A DNA stretch of 64,000 nucleotides from positions 212,623 to 276,622 of the forward strand of contig CAVWIG010000017.1 of the NCBI GenBank assembly GCA_963754945.1. Direction: 5' to 3'. Under the pieces are notes generated by a model that saw only the letters and a list, made by a program, of their open reading frames with translations, ran no database searches and had not been told where the DNA came from. This DNA is from Methanotrichaceae archaeon (lineage in GTDB: Archaea; Halobacteriota; Methanosarcinia; Methanotrichales; Methanotrichaceae). Every line of letters begins with the position of its first letter. The first letter of the stretch is position 1. A program made the translations under genes and the position numbers. Positions 10,378 through 19,774 of the stretch are shown in pieces.

Positions 10378-10824
10378 TTATTTTAAAACGCAATACCCCG
10401 CAGCTTGCTGCGGCTGGGATAAAGAGCATGTAACTCCAACTTAAGGATGCTTCAGATTTTGTAGAGCATTTTTATGCGTCGGCGGGAACATGCCCCGCTG
10501 CTTGCAGCGGGGTCCGCCGACGCAACGTTGACTCAGCGAAAAGTTGGCTTGCTGGATCAATATAAAATAAATATATTTTGAATATATCCGGATTCAAACA
10601 ATTTTATATAGCGCACTAATAGTATTGTTCGATGATTTTAGCATACGAAATCAATATACGGAAAATCGCTATACGCCAACAAGCGCCTATTTCTCATGAA
10701 AGTGTGCCAACAGATATCAATTTCATTTTTCGTGCATGAGCCTCTGTCCTGATCTTTAGGCTTATGTGGGTTTTATATGCCATTTATCCAGCCGCAGCAA
10801 GCTACGGGTATACGTTTAAAATAA
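10378..10824. repeat. Non-coding MITE/palindrome-bounded element
   Basis: Imperfect inverted repeats of about 43 bp (10378-10423 vs 10783-10824) containing CCGCAGCTTGCTGCGG-type palindromes; internal hairpin at 10475-10524. Confidence 0.7.
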
Positions 10825-10922
10825 TATTCTGAGAGGACGCCATTACTTTGATGATACAATAAAGCGAAATAAACGAGAGTTGCATCCTAAGAGGATCGTT
10901 GTCCTGCCCCTTTCTTGCACTC

Positions 10923-11561
10923 TCAATGTTGCATATCGAGCAATACCTGGTAGCTTCCGATTAGCTGGCCTTTGGCTATTGTCAGCTTTCCGTGGCCTTT
11001 TAGTTCACCTTCGTCGCTGGTGGTATTTACTATTATTCGACCCACGGTCTCTGTAGAATTGCTATCAGCAGGTTTTTCCAGAGGCTCATTAAGATCAGCG
11101 CTTAGTGTTATGTTGCTTCGAGCGAGCGTCACTTCAACATTGGTCAGCAAGTAGGTGCTCTCGCCAAGTCTGAGATGACCCCTATATGTTACATTACCTT
11201 CCTCTGCTAAAATCTCCTTTCCCACCTCATCAAGGGTTTTATTAGATGCTAGGAGTTTTCTAACATTCACAGGCCCGACAGGCCTAACGCTTTCAATGCT
11301 GATCCTTAAGATGTACGATTGGTCGCCCATCAAGGCAAATCCTTGCCAGTGGTGGAAGATTATTCCTACGGGTGCACCGTCCATATTCCCAAAAGGTTGG
11401 ACATGAGGAGCATTATTTTGTCCAAGCTCATTGCGAGTCATGTTGCCAATTTCTCCCATATCCGCTGGCTGAGCAAAGCAGACGGGGGTCAAACTCACCA
11501 GTCCTAATGCCGTTAATACGAGGAACAGAAATCTTACCTTTAGCCTCATTTTCAAACCCAT
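10923..11561 (-). CDS. Secreted hypothetical protein (paralog of 11733-12611)
   Basis: Signal peptide; GFALMGDQSYILRISIE and YRGHLRLGESTYLL align with the neighbouring gene. Confidence 0.8.
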   Translation of the reverse strand: MGLKMRLKVRFLFLVLTALGLVSLTPVCFAQPADMGEIGNMTRNELGQNNAPHVQPFGNMDGAPVGIIFHHWQGFALMGDQSYILRISIESVRPVGPVNVRKLLASNKTLDEVGKEILAEEGNVTYRGHLRLGESTYLLTNVEVTLARSNITLSADLNEPLEKPADSNSTETVGRIIVNTTSDEGELKGHGKLTIAKGQLIGSYQVLLDMQH

Positions 11562-11732
11562 TTAACTATCGATTGCCTCGGATGAGGACAGTGTTGAAGT
11601 AGAACCATTGAACGGTTTACTAACCGATTTCTCAAAAAGTGATGGAAGATCTTCAGAGGTCCTCGGATCTTTCATCAGAGATTCATAGCTTCCTCGCAAA
11701 CACTCCCCTACCCTGCTTGCAAGCCTTCGCTC

Positions 11733-12611
11733 TCAAGCTTTCTGAGGCGTTTTATCGTTTGGCTTTACCATATCCATGTTCATTCCAAATCTCTTGCCCA
11801 TCTGGTTCATTCCACCAAAAGCGCAGCCTCTCATGCCGTTGTGCTCTCCCATGCCGCGCTTCATCTCTATGAGGACTTTGTATTGGCCGCTGTACTGACC
11901 ACTGTTCATGGTAAGTGTGCCCTCTCCAACAGTGCTGTTATCCTGACGAGATGTGGTTACGGTGATATGGCCTACGACTGCGGTGGGCTTATCCTTAGCG
12001 TTATGCTTGGGGCCGGCAACGTCGGCGTTTATTGAGGAGCTGTTGTTACCCGAAAGGGTCAGTTTGATGTTCAATAGATTATAGTTGCTCTGGCCCATGT
12101 GCAAGCTGCCGTTGTAGGATGCTGCCGATATCTCAGCGTTCATCTTCGCTTTTATGTCAGACTTGATTTGGCCCAGGGTCTTATTATCTGATATGAGCTT
12201 CTTGATGTCCGCAAAATCGGGCTTTATTTGGCCTTCAATGTTCATCCTGATAACGTGGTTCTGGTTGCCGCTCATGGCAAAGCCGCTGCCCATCTTACGG
12301 ATTTCAATGGCTTTGGTTGCATTCCAATTTTCATTCTTCCAGGATCCATTCTTCTCCGCCATCCCGAAGGCTTCCTTTCCGCGCGTTACCATCTCAGGAT
12401 TTCCCCAGGGCCCCATTCCGGAATTCCACATTGGCCTCATTCCGGGCTGGAAGGCGTTACAACTGGACTTCTCTGAGGCGTTACAAGGTGTCTTTGAAGC
12501 TCCGTCATTCGTGGGCGCAGACAGGGCAGGCACAGCGATTAGGCACATGGCCACGATGCCTACCAGCGCTAAAGATTTTATTGTCAATTTCATGGTTTTA
12601 CTAACCTCCAA
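11733..12611 (-). CDS. Secreted hypothetical protein with Met/Gly-rich termini
   Basis: Signal peptide; GFAMSGNQNHVIRMNIE and YNGSLHMGQSNYNL align with 10923-11561. Confidence 0.8.
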   Translation of the reverse strand: MEVSKTMKLTIKSLALVGIVAMCLIAVPALSAPTNDGASKTPCNASEKSSCNAFQPGMRPMWNSGMGPWGNPEMVTRGKEAFGMAEKNGSWKNENWNATKAIEIRKMGSGFAMSGNQNHVIRMNIEGQIKPDFADIKKLISDNKTLGQIKSDIKAKMNAEISAASYNGSLHMGQSNYNLLNIKLTLSGNNSSSINADVAGPKHNAKDKPTAVVGHITVTTSRQDNSTVGEGTLTMNSGQYSGQYKVLIEMKRGMGEHNGMRGCAFGGMNQMGKRFGMNMDMVKPNDKTPQKA

Positions 12612-13387
12612 GAACGACCATCTATAATGTCAAGCGATCGTTCTGCAACTTGCCTATTATCTTGAACGATAGATGAATGTATGACCGAACGAACAATAAA
12701 TCAGGTAGTCGTAAAGTTCGTATAAAACGTTCAATTATAGATTAATACCAGCATTATAGTTCTATTTTGTTTTTATTGTTTATTTTCGGTTTTATTATCA
12801 TTTTAAGCATCTATTTGGATCTAAAATGCCAAAATGACTATGAATTCACGCATTGACTTCTTATCCCCTAATATGCCAGGTTATTCTGGAATAGAAGTGG
12901 TTTTCGTGGGACCTGCTGAAAGAGCCTTCTTTGAAAGCTCGAATTATCATGAATCCAAGAGTTCCCCCAAATCCGCCTTCATCTTACGATTATGGACCTA
13001 ATCAAATGAACCTGAGGAGATCTCTCTGGGTGCTCTTGACTGGATAGATTGATGCAGATATGTGATGTAGACATGTAATCGGGCACATTCAATGAGGATT
13101 ACGAACAGCAGTTCAAACGCTGCTCCTTGATCTTCGCTGAGTCTAACAATTCAGATACATAAGCGTTTCAAGAAATCGCGCAAGAGCCACGCTTGATAAA
13201 GGCATAGACTTGATGCAAACGGAACTAAAATTTAGGTTATAATCGAATACTGAACGTTCATGAGAGTTTGTTAACTGTTCGCTGAGAGTCAGTCAGATAG
13301 TTCGTTCGGTCCAGTTTTTATATATCGTTCAAATGCAAGGGGTGGTGTGGCTGGTCTACAATGAGATCATCCGCGTGGGGGTTGATT

Positions 13388-13582
13388 ATGAAATCCATTA
13401 GAGAATACCTAAAACGTAAGCCAGGACTAAAGGGTCAGATCCTCGACCGTGGAGAGCTTAAGCGAGTAGCTCGTGCCTGTGAATTGAGCCCTCAAGAGGC
13501 TAGATCTGAATTAAGAAAGCTGGGGTTTAACTTAACAAAGAACAATCATGGGCTGCCGATATGGATGAAACAAGCAGATTGA
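13388..13582 (+). CDS. Small putative HTH DNA-binding protein
   Basis: ELKRVARACELSPQEARSELRKLG is HTH-like; purine-rich RBS-like sequence before ATG 13388. Confidence 0.6.
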   Translation: MKSIREYLKRKPGLKGQILDRGELKRVARACELSPQEARSELRKLGFNLTKNNHGLPIWMKQAD

Positions 13583-13618
13583 AACAAATCAGAGTTACAA
13601 CGATATTGAGGTTGAATC

Positions 13619-13861
13619 ATGTCAATCACGAAGATGGACGCAAACGGTAGAGTGCTGCTTCCTATCAGCTTAAGATACAGACTTGATTTAAATGATGGAG
13701 ATAAGTTTGCCATAGATCAGCTTGGAGACGGCACCATAATCCTAAAAAAAGTAAGAAAACGGATGGGTTTCGAAAGATGGGTGAACGAAGAAACCTTTCG
13801 AGTATCCAAAGACCTTTGTGCCAATGACGAGAAACATTCGCCATCGCTCAATAGCCGTTAG
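13619..13861 (+). CDS. AbrB/MazE/SpoVT family DNA-binding protein
   Basis: TKMDANGRVLLPISLRYRLDLNDGD signature. Confidence 0.85.
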   Translation: MSITKMDANGRVLLPISLRYRLDLNDGDKFAIDQLGDGTIILKKVRKRMGFERWVNEETFRVSKDLCANDEKHSPSLNSR

Positions 13862-13998
13862 CTCAACAAGCCGTCAACTCAATCAGACAACTAACTGAAC
13901 TCATTAGATTCATAAATGAGGTATGACGTCGGTAATTGTCAACCTACCGCGCACACGAGAGCTTTTACCCTGTAAAGAAAGCGACTGGCAGTGCCAAG

Positions 13999-15927
13999 TC
14001 ACTCCTTCAGGCTTCCTTCTTTAATTCTCGAACCACCCGGCGGTAGGAATTGAACAATCCTGTCAACAGAGGCAATGGATTTCAAGTACGCCCTATCATC
14101 GATCTTCTCTGAGAAGGACCTATAGATTCTCTTGGCCAGATCGTCCGCGTTGTACTCTCCCGGCTCGATCTCAAACGCCTGGCCCACTTTTGGCTTAACA
14201 GCAGAAGTCGGACCTCCAATCAGCGTCTCGTCCTCGATCCCGATGGTTGTCCCAACCGGCGTATCTCTGAAGTACCGGCGCTCGCCCCTGATAACAAACG
14301 CTCCTTTTTTTAGATACTCGCCGTGTTCAGGAGTCTTGGTGACTTGCTCGGCATTAACCATGTAGCAGTCACCTGCAGCCAGGCCTGCCTTCCAGATGCT
14401 TGAGTAGCTGACGGCGAACTGCGCAGCCTCAAGCAAGGTGGTTTCCGGGACTTCTTCGCCCTCTGTTTTAATGATTGTCAGAGGCGCACCGGGAGCGTCG
14501 GTATGGAATACCAGGTCCCGCTTCTCCATGTACTTGGCGTAGATCTCTTCATTTGTTTCCGCATCCCGACCGCCGATGACCAGGAAGCCGTCGGAGGATG
14601 TGAACCACCTGAACCTCTCATACCACTTGGGCTTCCTCCTCCGGATTACCATCCTGGTCTTCTTGGGCACTGCTTTGCTTACTTTCAACGCCTCGGTTAT
14701 CAGAAGTGCCTCTTTAGCGCCCTTCGCCTTCTTGGCCATCTCCTTGGCAGAATCGTAGTATCGTTGGGCGTTCTGAGGCACTGTGAGGCCTGCGTTCAGG
14801 TCAATCTCGACCCCGTCAAGAACAATGCCCACCTTGCCAGTGTGGTCCATTGACCTGATCATTCGAGCCTGAGGGAGCTCGGATGTCCTTATCCTCTCCC
14901 AGATCTGGGTGAATGAGAAACCCTTTTCTTTAGCGGCGGAGATTACCTTGAGCAACTGTTCTATATCTCTGTACTTCTGGTAGATCAGCTCGCCAATTAC
15001 CACCAGCTCCTTTTCCTTGGATGCAAACTCTTCGATGGCCTTGCGCTGAATCTCGATTCTGCGGTCTATGGGATTCTGCTTTGGCTCCGCGACCCTGTCC
15101 ACGAAGAAAGCGTCCAGGGCATCGCTAAAGGTATCGTAGCTTTTTCTCTCCAAACCTTCGTAGAGTTTTAAGGGTTTGGGCAGGGCGTCAAAGGGAAGTC
15201 CGTCTTTCAGAACAATGTGCGGCTCGATTGTATCTGGCATGAAGACATCGGCAAGAGCCTTATGAACTCGATCTATCTCCTCAGTCTCAAGTTCAGCAGC
15301 AGGCTTGTTCTTGTCCACGCCAGCCTGTAGGCAGACCTCCTCTCCGTAGGTTCCGCCCATGTTCAAGCATCTGACTATTGTCCTGACCAGGTCCTGTTCG
15401 GAAGTGGCCAGCAGACCTGAAAGCTCTGACCGGGAGATTGTCCTCGGGTCAAGCTGGATGGTGTGGTACAGGTACTCCTCGCCTTTGGCCATCTTCCTGC
15501 CCCGGAAGACCATCTTTTTCAGCATGGTGAGAATACGTCTTGACTCGTCCAGGAGGATCATGCTCCCCTTCGGGAACAGCTCGACGATGAGGTAATTGCT
15601 TACGCCGTCGCGGTCCACGGTTATCTCCACAACCCTGTCCAGGTCAAACTGTTGAATGTCGGCGATCCTTCCACCCGATAGGCGAATCCTGAGCATTGTA
15701 GGAAACTGGGGCGGAGTCTTGGAAGCTTTCCGCTCTTTCTTCGTCAGGTGGATGCGACGGCCTGCTTCCATTAAGAGGTCCATCCGGCCCTCTCTGGGGG
15801 ACTGGACTGAGAGAGAAATCGTTTCTGCATTTAGCTGGTATGCCTTCCCCACATGGCCGTCCACCAGCCTCTCCCGGAGTTCAGCAACCATGGCTGCAAC
15901 ATCCACGTTGCTCATCGCCTTCTTCAT
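13999..15927 (-). CDS. rqcH: Rqc2/NEMF (NFACT) ribosome quality-control protein
   Basis: Start MKKAMSNVDV at 15927; FDLDRV, VELFPKG, KWYERFRWF..GGRDAETNE and GAFVIRGER motifs. The ORF-track extension to 16182 overlaps the divergent gene. Confidence 0.92.
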   Translation of the reverse strand: MKKAMSNVDVAAMVAELRERLVDGHVGKAYQLNAETISLSVQSPREGRMDLLMEAGRRIHLTKKERKASKTPPQFPTMLRIRLSGGRIADIQQFDLDRVVEITVDRDGVSNYLIVELFPKGSMILLDESRRILTMLKKMVFRGRKMAKGEEYLYHTIQLDPRTISRSELSGLLATSEQDLVRTIVRCLNMGGTYGEEVCLQAGVDKNKPAAELETEEIDRVHKALADVFMPDTIEPHIVLKDGLPFDALPKPLKLYEGLERKSYDTFSDALDAFFVDRVAEPKQNPIDRRIEIQRKAIEEFASKEKELVVIGELIYQKYRDIEQLLKVISAAKEKGFSFTQIWERIRTSELPQARMIRSMDHTGKVGIVLDGVEIDLNAGLTVPQNAQRYYDSAKEMAKKAKGAKEALLITEALKVSKAVPKKTRMVIRRRKPKWYERFRWFTSSDGFLVIGGRDAETNEEIYAKYMEKRDLVFHTDAPGAPLTIIKTEGEEVPETTLLEAAQFAVSYSSIWKAGLAAGDCYMVNAEQVTKTPEHGEYLKKGAFVIRGERRYFRDTPVGTTIGIEDETLIGGPTSAVKPKVGQAFEIEPGEYNADDLAKRIYRSFSEKIDDRAYLKSIASVDRIVQFLPPGGSRIKEGSLKE

Positions 15928-15978
15928 AGGCGTTGTGGCGTGATCAATCGATAAATAGTTGCGGATTATATATTTCGT

Positions 15979-16419
15979 GTGGAACGATTCTTGGTCGATC
16001 AAATGCTGATGAGCCTGGGGAGGTGGCTGAGGCTTGTAGGCATGGACGTGGCCAACCCCGGAGTTGCTGACGATCCAGAGCTCATGATCAAGGCCAGGCA
16101 AGAGAACAGGGTCCTTATAACCCGAGATAAACGCCTGGCCGAAAACTGCAGAACCGCTAGGGTAGAATGCATTCTCATACAATCAACTAGCCTCCTTGGC
16201 CAGCTTAATGAGATGGCCAAGATAGGTGTAAAAATGGAGTTGAACCCCCTGAGATGCACTGTCTGCAACGGTCCCCTTCAAGCATTTAGAGGAGCTGACC
16301 ACCATCCTCTCCATGAACGGACCTGGGAGTGCGAAGTATGCAGGAAGCTCTATTGGGAGGGATCGCACTGGAAAAGAATTGAGGATACGCTCAAACAGAT
16401 CCGTTCAGAAAAGGACTAA
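15979..16419 (+). CDS. Mut7-C RNase (PIN-like, DUF82) protein
   Basis: RFLVDQML..LGRWLRLVG, LITRD, RCTVCNG and CEVCRKLYWEGSH motifs. Confidence 0.9.
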   Translation: MERFLVDQMLMSLGRWLRLVGMDVANPGVADDPELMIKARQENRVLITRDKRLAENCRTARVECILIQSTSLLGQLNEMAKIGVKMELNPLRCTVCNGPLQAFRGADHHPLHERTWECEVCRKLYWEGSHWKRIEDTLKQIRSEKD

Positions 16420-16439
16420 TTCTTAAAAGAGAGTAGGGG

Positions 16440-16847
16440 TCAAGACTTTAGCTTGAAATGATAGAACCTGGCATCTCCAAGATTGACCAGGATCTTTCTA
16501 AAGCCAGGCAGATCCGCTATCTCGTCCTCTAAAGGCCTGATAATGACGTCTGCGCCGATCTCTGCGGCCAATCTGCCCATAGCAATCTGGACCTCGATAG
16601 GCGGCCTTATTGAGTACAGAATGCTAGCACCCTCGTAAATCTCCTTACGCGGCGAAAAGATGTCATCAGCTTCTACTGCCAACCCATCGAGATTTCGCTT
16701 CTCTTTATCAGTGGCTACTACTTTCAGGTGCCGGCTTATTATTAGGGCCACTTCAGGGACAAATCCCGCCCCTACCTCTACAGCCTTTCCTGAATAGTTT
16801 CGCAGAATAAAGTCGGCAATCTCAGACGCACCTCGAAGCCCAATCAA
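16440..16847 (-). CDS. UPF0146 family protein
   Basis: KAVEVGAG, DDIFSP..IYEGA..YSIRPP motifs. Confidence 0.85.
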   Translation of the reverse strand: MIGLRGASEIADFILRNYSGKAVEVGAGFVPEVALIISRHLKVVATDKEKRNLDGLAVEADDIFSPRKEIYEGASILYSIRPPIEVQIAMGRLAAEIGADVIIRPLEDEIADLPGFRKILVNLGDARFYHFKLKS

Positions 16848-17156
16848 GCTCTAACCACCTTGTACCACTTTAGGTCGTCTCCATCATAAAAGATCATTGT
16901 AGCTGCGGATGCGCGCAGCCAGCATGACCTCGATCCATACGACCAGCTGCCTCAAGCCCGATCGGTGATAAAGTTATCTTTTAAATAGTAGAAAATCTTA
17001 TCTAGTATAATATAGAACTAATCATCACATTCACGGGCTTAAGCAGGTAGCAAGGAGACAGGATTCTCTGAGGAGATATTGTAGGTCTCGGTAATCAGCT
17101 TGGTCTTGCTTGATTCCTGTCGCGTGAAGATTGAGACAAAAGATAGATGTGAAAAG

Positions 17157-17252
17157 ATGAATGAACTGATGCTCCAGATCATTTCCTTGATACTGACCAT
17201 TGTGCTGGGAGTGGCCACAGTCTACAGCATCCGTTTGTACCTCGAGATCTGA
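17157..17252 (+). CDS. 31-aa single-TM small protein
   Basis: MNELMLQIISLILTIVLGVATVYSIRLYLEI*; GTGA upstream; lies in an otherwise empty intergenic gap. Confidence 0.55.
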   Translation: MNELMLQIISLILTIVLGVATVYSIRLYLEI

Positions 17253-17511
17253 ATTAGGGCTGACAGCCTACTATAACCAAGCTAGGGCGAACGACGACTG
17301 GATTTGGCATGAAATACTTTGAAGTGGATTGTCTAGATCACTTTGCCAATCCACTTAACTTCAATTTGCGACAATGTGGCAACTAAATCAAGCAATTGCT
17401 GAGAACATATCAGAAACCATAGCCTATTGGCTCATAATAGTCTGTGAAAAAGATAGGTTTGATGTACCAAAGTGCATATAGCTCTCCTGAACATCAACAA
17501 CTGTAAAATTG

Positions 17512-18771
17512 TTATCCTTTCTTTATAACCCTCTCGAATTTCCAAAGCTTATCCAGCCTGGCCGTAGCATCAATTCCGACCTTGGTAGTAATGCCGTTCA
17601 CGGACCTCGGGTCTAGGGTGCTTCCGCGGACCCCTGGATGCATGACGACGTCCTCGTCGCCGCGAAAGCGTGTGGCTATGGCATACTCAAGATCAGTCGG
17701 ATCATGGATGTCTATGTCTGTGTCCACGACCAGCACATGTTTCAGTGACCTGTGGGCTTCCAGTGCTGCGTCTATGGCACGCCTGGCGTCCGACTCCGTC
17801 TGCTTTTCAATCTGCACAACTGCATGGAAGTAGCAACACCCACCGTCGGTCAGGAGAACATCTATAACCTTAGCTACCTTAGAGACTGCCTTGAAGATCA
17901 ACGGCTCGTAGGGAACTCCCATGAGCATCTTGTGCTCTCCTCCACCAGGCAGCAGTCCATGGTAGATTGGGTCTATGCGGGTCATCATTTTAGTTAGCTT
18001 AATGACCGGCTCCTGACGGACAAGGTCTCTCGTACCGGTTATATCTACAAAGGGGCCCTCGCTGGCGCGCTCGCCTGTGATGTAGCCCTCGAGGACTATC
18101 TCGGCATGAGGGACCGGCACACCGTTATCCAGATTCACAAGCTCTACAGGCTCGCCTCGAAGGGCGCTGGCATACTGGAACTCCATGTCGGTAGGGACCC
18201 TTGTACTCGCCGCAATGAGCACCAGAGGATCGACGCCTATAGCGATTGCAACCGGCACGTCGTGCCCAGTCTCATGCGCTTGCTGGCACAGCGTATGGGT
18301 GTGCCTGCCCGGGACCAGCCTTGCTGCCAGACGGTCTTTACCCAGGACCATCAGGCGGTGAACACAGGCGTTGATGTGGTCATTATAACGGGACACAACA
18401 ACGGCGGACGTGATGTACGGGCCGCCGTCGCCCTTGAAATAGGTCAATATCGGCAGCCTGGACAGGTCGGGCTCAGTGACAACCTCTTGGAAGGGAGACG
18501 AATTCACGTATCGAATCTGGCCTTTGGACTCGTATTCAATGCCGCTCAGGTACCTGATCATCTCCTCAGTCCGAATACCCAGAGCCCTGGCGAGCAAGTC
18601 CCGAGTGCCCAGGATGTTCAGGCAGCACCTGTGACCGTCCACGTTTTGGAACATCACCGGCCCTGCGCCCAAGGATCTATTGGCCACTTCATGGACAGGT
18701 GACACCGGCTCGTGCACCTCTTTGAGCAGCCTCGCTTCCTTTAGCTCATCCAGGAAACCCCTGAAGCTCAT
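17512..18771 (-). CDS. UbiD-family decarboxylase (probable anhydromevalonate-phosphate decarboxylase)
   Basis: DGGPYITS, EIVLEG, EGPFVD and VVDTDIDIHD motifs; start MSFRGFL at 18771. Substrate inferred from archaeal UbiD homologs. Confidence 0.85.
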   Translation of the reverse strand: MSFRGFLDELKEARLLKEVHEPVSPVHEVANRSLGAGPVMFQNVDGHRCCLNILGTRDLLARALGIRTEEMIRYLSGIEYESKGQIRYVNSSPFQEVVTEPDLSRLPILTYFKGDGGPYITSAVVVSRYNDHINACVHRLMVLGKDRLAARLVPGRHTHTLCQQAHETGHDVPVAIAIGVDPLVLIAASTRVPTDMEFQYASALRGEPVELVNLDNGVPVPHAEIVLEGYITGERASEGPFVDITGTRDLVRQEPVIKLTKMMTRIDPIYHGLLPGGGEHKMLMGVPYEPLIFKAVSKVAKVIDVLLTDGGCCYFHAVVQIEKQTESDARRAIDAALEAHRSLKHVLVVDTDIDIHDPTDLEYAIATRFRGDEDVVMHPGVRGSTLDPRSVNGITTKVGIDATARLDKLWKFERVIKKG

Positions 18772-18847
18772 AGCCCTGCCTTCCGTTCGATGTTCATTTG
18801 ATTTTTCCAGTCGAACATAATGAGATCCTTTCCAGTCAACCTTCCAG

Positions 18848-19555
18848 TCAAACCAGAAGCACTGCAATTATTCCGCTGAGGAATACTCCGTCAAAAGTAC
18901 CGGCTCCGCCGATGCTCGCCACAGGTGCTCCCATGTCCCTGATCTTGTTGAGGTTGAGCAGATCGGCACCGATCAGCGTTCCAAGCGTTCCTCCCACGTA
19001 GGCGATGAGAAACACGAAATCGTGAGGTGCATTGAACAGATAAACCAGAGCAAGAGCCCCCAGGGCTGCCGTCAGTGGGGGAAGCAGAGCTGGAGTGACG
19101 ATGCCCAACCCTTTGACAGGACGGGCTACTCGGTTGGTCACCATGGCCACGAAGACAACACCGACAACTGCATAGATCAAGGCACCGGGAAATTGACGGA
19201 GCAGTAGGATGGATATGAGCGTTGGTATGATCGCGCCGCCTACATTAACTGCCAGAATCGTATTGCAGGCTATATCCTCCATCACAGGGATCCTGTAGGT
19301 GACGCCGAAAACCCTGACGTATCTCTCCGTCACCATGGGCGTGCTGCACTTCATATTCGTCACGGGGATGTTGATGTTGCTTCCAAGGAGAGACGCTAAC
19401 AGGATTATGAGGGCGTGCTGCCAGGTGAAACCGATCTTAGTAAAAGCCGTGCCAATGACGTTTAGAAAGAGAAAACCAACCACTAAGAACAGCAAAAACG
19501 CCAGGAGCAGCATGAACAGCATTCCGAAGGGGTTGTAGACCAACCGGTTTTCCAT
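18848..19555 (-). CDS. DUF1614 family membrane protein
   Basis: SLLGSNINIP, AVNVGGAIIP, GTLIGADL and SIGGAGTFDGVFL motifs. Confidence 0.9.
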   Translation of the reverse strand: MENRLVYNPFGMLFMLLLAFLLFLVVGFLFLNVIGTAFTKIGFTWQHALIILLASLLGSNINIPVTNMKCSTPMVTERYVRVFGVTYRIPVMEDIACNTILAVNVGGAIIPTLISILLLRQFPGALIYAVVGVVFVAMVTNRVARPVKGLGIVTPALLPPLTAALGALALVYLFNAPHDFVFLIAYVGGTLGTLIGADLLNLNKIRDMGAPVASIGGAGTFDGVFLSGIIAVLLV

Positions 19556-19774
19556 GAGCTATAGTTGGCTTCTTTGGTTATAACTTTTTTTGAGCTTAAT
19601 CAATAACTCAAAAATGGATTATTAAGTAAAAATTAAGATTTATATAAATACCTCAGCTTTCGGGAGCGATCCATCAATTTCTCAATATTACTATTAGAAA
19701 AATATATACGTAGCTTTACGCAATTCTCATCCACCCCAGGGCAATGAATTGACCTATCTCCGAGGAGGGGAATT

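Noticed and set aside
4469-15927. VLRF1-like and Rqc2 genes as a ribosome-rescue cluster
   Set aside because: They are 8.5 kb apart on opposite strands with unrelated genes between; no evidence of linkage.
15928-16182. ORF-track extension of Rqc2
   Set aside because: It overlaps the divergent Mut7-C gene; the family N-terminus begins at 15927.
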